NCBI GenBank assembly: GCA_006226305.1
Contig: SBHG01000127.1
Location: forward strand, 1,367-65,366
Length of the DNA stretch: 64,000 nucleotides
Source: Alphaproteobacteria bacterium
GTDB taxonomy: Bacteria > Pseudomonadota > Alphaproteobacteria > M2410
Direction of reading: 5' to 3'
In this document: one piece after another, positions 60,769 to 64,000 of the stretch
How the letters are laid out: every line of letters begins with the position of its first letter
How positions within the stretch are numbered: the stretch's first letter is position 1
Notes under the pieces: model-generated
Told to the model about the DNA's origin: nothing
Databases searched by the model: none
What the model saw: only the letters and a program-made list of their open reading frames with translations
Translations under genes and position numbers: made by a program

Positions 60769-62127
60769 TCAGGCTTCAAGGTCGGCGCGCGCCCAGGTAA
60801 CCGTCACAACCGCGCCCTCGCCCGGCTTGGAGCTGTTGGCAAAGCGTATGGTGCCGCCTGTGTGCTCAATCAGGGTCTTGGCAATAAAGACCCCCAATCC
60901 CAGGCCCTCGTGATCATGGCCCCGAGCGGATTTGGTTTCGCGCAAACGCGTCGTCAGAAACGGCTCGCCGAGCGATTCCAGGATTCTGGAGGGAAATCCC
61001 GGACCGTCATCGGCGATACGCAGCGAAATCGTATTCTCGTTCCAGTCCGCTGTGACCGAGACCCGGCTTTTGGCGAAATCCGCCGCATTATCGATAAAAT
61101 TTCCAAGTCCATAGAGGATTTCCGGCTGGCGGGCGATATTAGGCTCTTCACCGTCTTCGGCGCGCTCAAAAGGCGCAAGATTGACGTCAAAATGCACACC
61201 GGTGTGTGGCATTTGATCCACCACTTCGTGGATCAGGGCGCTGACGTCCAGCCGATCATAAACCGCATCCCCCTGACTGGGATTGGCGGAGAGGCGGCTT
61301 AAGATATCTCGGCAGCGGTGGACCTGCGACATCAGCATGTCGAGATCTTCTTTCAGCTCTGGCCGGTCTCCCAGTTCCTCTTGGAATTCCTTGGCGATCA
61401 GGGCAATTGTCCCGAGCGGGGTGCCCAGCTCGTGGGCAGCGGCGGCCGCCAGACCGCCCACGGCGGAAAGACGCTGCTCGCGGGCCAGAACATATTGAGA
61501 CGCGGCAAGGGCGGTCGACATGGCGCGAGCCTCGCGGGCGATGCCCGAAGCGTAGGCGGTCGAAAAACTTAGCCCCAAAATGATCGCGACCCAGAGGCCC
61601 ACCTGATAAAGGCGCGGCATCTCAAACTCTTGACCTTCGATCCAGGGCAAGGGCTGCGCGAAAAGCGCGATGATACTCACACAGGCAAAGCCGAGCAGCA
61701 TGAGGATGATCGTACTGCGCATGGAAAGGCTCGAGGCCGAAACCGCAACCGGCGCGATGAACAAAATGAAAAAGGGATTGTGCAGGCCGCCGGTAAAATA
61801 GAGCAGTGCGGTCAGTTGCAACATATCGATCCCCAAGAAAAGGGCGGCCTCGCGGTCTGAAAAGCGCTTTGTTGGCGGAAATCCTGAATGCAGCCAGATA
61901 TTCATCACGGCCAACCCGCCAATGGTTGCCAGACAGGCAAACAGCGGCAGGTTAAACCCAAACCAGAAATGCACAATGAGCACCGCAAGGGTCTGACCGA
62001 CAACAGCGAGCCAGCGCGGCATGACAAGGCTGGTGCGGCTGATGCCTATGCGCGGCTTGAACATGTCCTTGCCATCGGGACGCAGGGTTGTCCCCAGCGA
62101 GGGGCGAGGCTGTGGTAATTTGCTCAT
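60769..62127 (-). CDS. regB: redox sensor histidine kinase RegB/ActS/PrrB
   Basis: Six TM helices and H-box AAAAHELGTPLGTIALI. Adjacent to regA. ATG 62127; the ORF track starts at TTG 62136. Confidence 0.85.
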   Translation of the reverse strand: MSKLPQPRPSLGTTLRPDGKDMFKPRIGISRTSLVMPRWLAVVGQTLAVLIVHFWFGFNLPLFACLATIGGLAVMNIWLHSGFPPTKRFSDREAALFLGIDMLQLTALLYFTGGLHNPFFILFIAPVAVSASSLSMRSTIILMLLGFACVSIIALFAQPLPWIEGQEFEMPRLYQVGLWVAIILGLSFSTAYASGIAREARAMSTALAASQYVLAREQRLSAVGGLAAAAAHELGTPLGTIALIAKEFQEELGDRPELKEDLDMLMSQVHRCRDILSRLSANPSQGDAVYDRLDVSALIHEVVDQMPHTGVHFDVNLAPFERAEDGEEPNIARQPEILYGLGNFIDNAADFAKSRVSVTADWNENTISLRIADDGPGFPSRILESLGEPFLTTRLRETKSARGHDHEGLGLGVFIAKTLIEHTGGTIRFANSSKPGEGAVVTVTWARADLEA

Positions 62128-62258
62128 GGGACCCAATTTCCGTTCGGCGCACAGAGATAACGTTCATCCTTTCTCGCAGGACTGGACAATTTAGACAAGA
62201 GGGGCTAGCCAAGATGGATGGCCTCTTCTTATCCCTCCCTTTTGCCGATGACTGTGCG

Positions 62259-63071
62259 ATGATCCCATTAAGCGATCCTGTCCTGCACGTTGACGGACTG
62301 ACCAAGTCCTTTGGACCCGTGGCTGCGGTGGGCGGCATCAGCTTTGACGCGCGGCGCGGGGAGACGGTTGGCCTGCTTGGGGGTAACGGGGCGGGCAAGA
62401 CCACCACCCTATCCATGCTGCTCGGACTGGTGCGGCCGACTTCCGGCACGATCCGCATCCTGGGCGCCCAGATGCCGCGTGAGCGCCATCTCGCCTTGCC
62501 GCATATGAATTTCGAAAGCCCTTATGTGGATCTGCCCAAGCGGCTCACAGTGCGTCAGAACCTTGAAGTTTATGGCCGCCTTTATGGGGTTCGCCAGGTC
62601 CGCAAACGCGCAGAAGAAATTGCTGAAGAGCTGGAGCTTAGCGACCTTCTCAACAGACCGGCGGGTATGCTTTCAGCCGGACAAAAGACGCGGGTCGGTC
62701 TTGCCAAGGCCCTGATCAACCGGCCCCAATTGTTGCTTCTGGACGAGCCCACCGCTTCGTTGGATCCCGATACAGCTGATTGGGTGCGCCATTATTTTGA
62801 AGACTATCGCAAACAACACAACGCGACGATCCTTTTGGCGTCACACAATATGAGCGAGGTTGAGCGCTTGTGCGACAATGTTTTGATGATGCGTCAGGGG
62901 CTTATCGTTGATCGCGGCGCGCCCGGCGCGCTGATTGAAAAATATGGGCGTGCGTCGATGGAAGAAGTTTTTCTGGATGTGGCGCGCGGCACGGGCCGGT
63001 GGGGAGAACTGCAGGAAGAGCGAGGACCCGAGGTGCAGGAGCAGATTGCCGGAGAGGGATTGCCCCTATGA
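62259..63071 (+). CDS. ABC transporter ATP-binding protein (ABC-2/DrrA type)
   Basis: Walker A GGNGAGKTT, signature LSAGQKTRVGLAKAL and Walker B LLLLDEPTASLD. Start is ATG 62259 or 62214. Confidence 0.85.
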   Translation: MIPLSDPVLHVDGLTKSFGPVAAVGGISFDARRGETVGLLGGNGAGKTTTLSMLLGLVRPTSGTIRILGAQMPRERHLALPHMNFESPYVDLPKRLTVRQNLEVYGRLYGVRQVRKRAEEIAEELELSDLLNRPAGMLSAGQKTRVGLAKALINRPQLLLLDEPTASLDPDTADWVRHYFEDYRKQHNATILLASHNMSEVERLCDNVLMMRQGLIVDRGAPGALIEKYGRASMEEVFLDVARGTGRWGELQEERGPEVQEQIAGEGLPL

Positions 63072-63910
63072 GCGTTGGCACTGATGATATCGTGAAGTCG
63101 CCACTGCCGCTTGGCGGCAACGCGCTGACCCGCATCTGGGCGATGGTGCTGCGCTACTGGTATCTGACCCGCAGCTCAGGACCCCGCATTCTGGAGCTTG
63201 CCTATTGGCCAACGGTGCAAATGTCGATCTGGGGTTTTATTCAGACCTTTCTGGCGCAGCAGTCGAGTTATTTCGCGCAGGCGCTTGGCGTGTTGCTTGG
63301 GGCCGTCATGTTGTGGGATGTCCTTTTGCGCGGTCAGCTCGGCCTGTCGATTACCTTCTTTGAAGAAGTGTGGTCGCGCAATCTCGGGCATTTGATGGTG
63401 TCTCCACTCAGACCCATTGAACTTATCGCCGCGCTGATGACGACGAGCCTGATTAAAACGCTGATTGGTCTGGTGCCGACAAGTTTCCTCGCCATGTGGT
63501 TCTTCGGATTTAATATCTATGGGATTGGACTGGCGCTGGTTGCTTTCTTCTTCAACCTCATCCTTTTCGGCTGGGGCGTGGGGCTCATCGTTTCCGGCCT
63601 GGTGCTGCGATATGGGCAGGGCGCGGAAAGCCTCGCCTGGGCGCTCACTTTTGCCCTGGCGCCGCTCTGCGGGGTCTATTATCCGGTCTCGGTTCTGCCG
63701 GAGTTTTTGCAGGTGTTCTCCTATGTTCTGCCTCCGGCCTATATCTTTGAAGGCATGCGCAACATCGTGGTTGAACATCGTCTGGACATGTCACTCTTGA
63801 TCAAGGCCAGTCTTCTCAATGTCACATTGATCAGTGGGGCGGCCGCCCTTTTTTATCGCTTCCTGCGCTCAGCTGAAGTGCGCGGCACGCTTTTGCAGAT
63901 TGGCGAATAG
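63068..63910 (+). CDS. ABC-2 family transporter permease
   Basis: Six hydrophobic helices. ATGA overlap with the ATPase gene. Confidence 0.8.
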   Translation: MSVGTDDIVKSPLPLGGNALTRIWAMVLRYWYLTRSSGPRILELAYWPTVQMSIWGFIQTFLAQQSSYFAQALGVLLGAVMLWDVLLRGQLGLSITFFEEVWSRNLGHLMVSPLRPIELIAALMTTSLIKTLIGLVPTSFLAMWFFGFNIYGIGLALVAFFFNLILFGWGVGLIVSGLVLRYGQGAESLAWALTFALAPLCGVYYPVSVLPEFLQVFSYVLPPAYIFEGMRNIVVEHRLDMSLLIKASLLNVTLISGAAALFYRFLRSAEVRGTLLQIGE

Positions 63911-63946
63911 GACTTTAACGCCTGCCCAATCAGGGTTAGTCTTTTT
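63911..63946 (+). terminator. probable rho-independent terminator
   Basis: gac-t(t)taac-(g)cctg / cagg-gtta-gtc gives 11 bp with two bulges and loop cccaat, followed by T5. Confidence 0.4.
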
Positions 63947-64000
63947 CAGATCTGTTGTTTGACCTCCTTCCTTGAGGATTACTCATGGCGCCGCCTAAGA

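Noticed and set aside
1-64000. Search for mobile-element hallmarks (integrase, transposase, tRNA attachment sites, long terminal repeats) around the AT-rich arm
   Set aside because: I recognised none in any frame. The compositional shift is therefore reported as a cassette-type mosaic rather than as a mobile element.

Overview
The window looks like an alphaproteobacterial chromosome segment. Evidence for that placement: a RegB/RegA pair, an MmcB-like gene and CtrA-type octamers. About 47 kb (8.4-55.9 kb) is one exopolysaccharide (EPS) super-locus.

The GC-rich core (30.3-52.2 kb) is a recognisable exosortase A (XrtA)/PEP-CTERM EPS system. It contains the PrsK/PrsR/PrsT regulators, a priming sugar transferase, GT4 transferases, AsnB-type amidotransferase and XrtA. 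It also contains a FemAB-like protein, polysaccharide deacetylase, ExeA-like ATPase, outer-membrane barrel, BY-kinase, chain-length determinant and Wza-like exporter.

A more AT-rich variable arm (8.4-30.3 kb) is attached to the core. It encodes:
- Wzx and Wzy-like proteins, GT2/GT4 enzymes and a GT4-deacetylase fusion
- a sulfotransferase and a TagF-like phosphotransferase
- a secreted beta-helix protein and a 1411-aa RTX protein
- an unusual stand-alone adenylation-carrier-SGNH enzyme

A PrsD/PrsE-type type I secretion pair (52.6-55.9 kb) flanks the other side of the core.

The main non-obvious observations are:
1. The A-T-SGNH fusion appears to replace the ligase/ACP/decarboxylase/hydrolase set usually seen in XrtA loci.
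2. GG-N10-GC sigma-54-type elements recur in front of several EPS operons.
3. Five exact TTAACCAT (CtrA/SciP-type) octamers are present, and all lie in non-coding gaps.
4. XrtA ends right after one extra helix, with no EpsI domain.
5. I saw no PEP-CTERM substrate gene in the window.

The flanks carry ordinary genes: a PgsA-like protein, an S8 autotransporter, a LolA-like protein with an OMP, bioB, a HAD hydrolase, a diiron protein, mmcB, regBA and an ABC-2 transporter. I found no tRNA, rRNA, CRISPR array, transposase or integrase. All family assignments come from motif recognition by eye, not from database searches.
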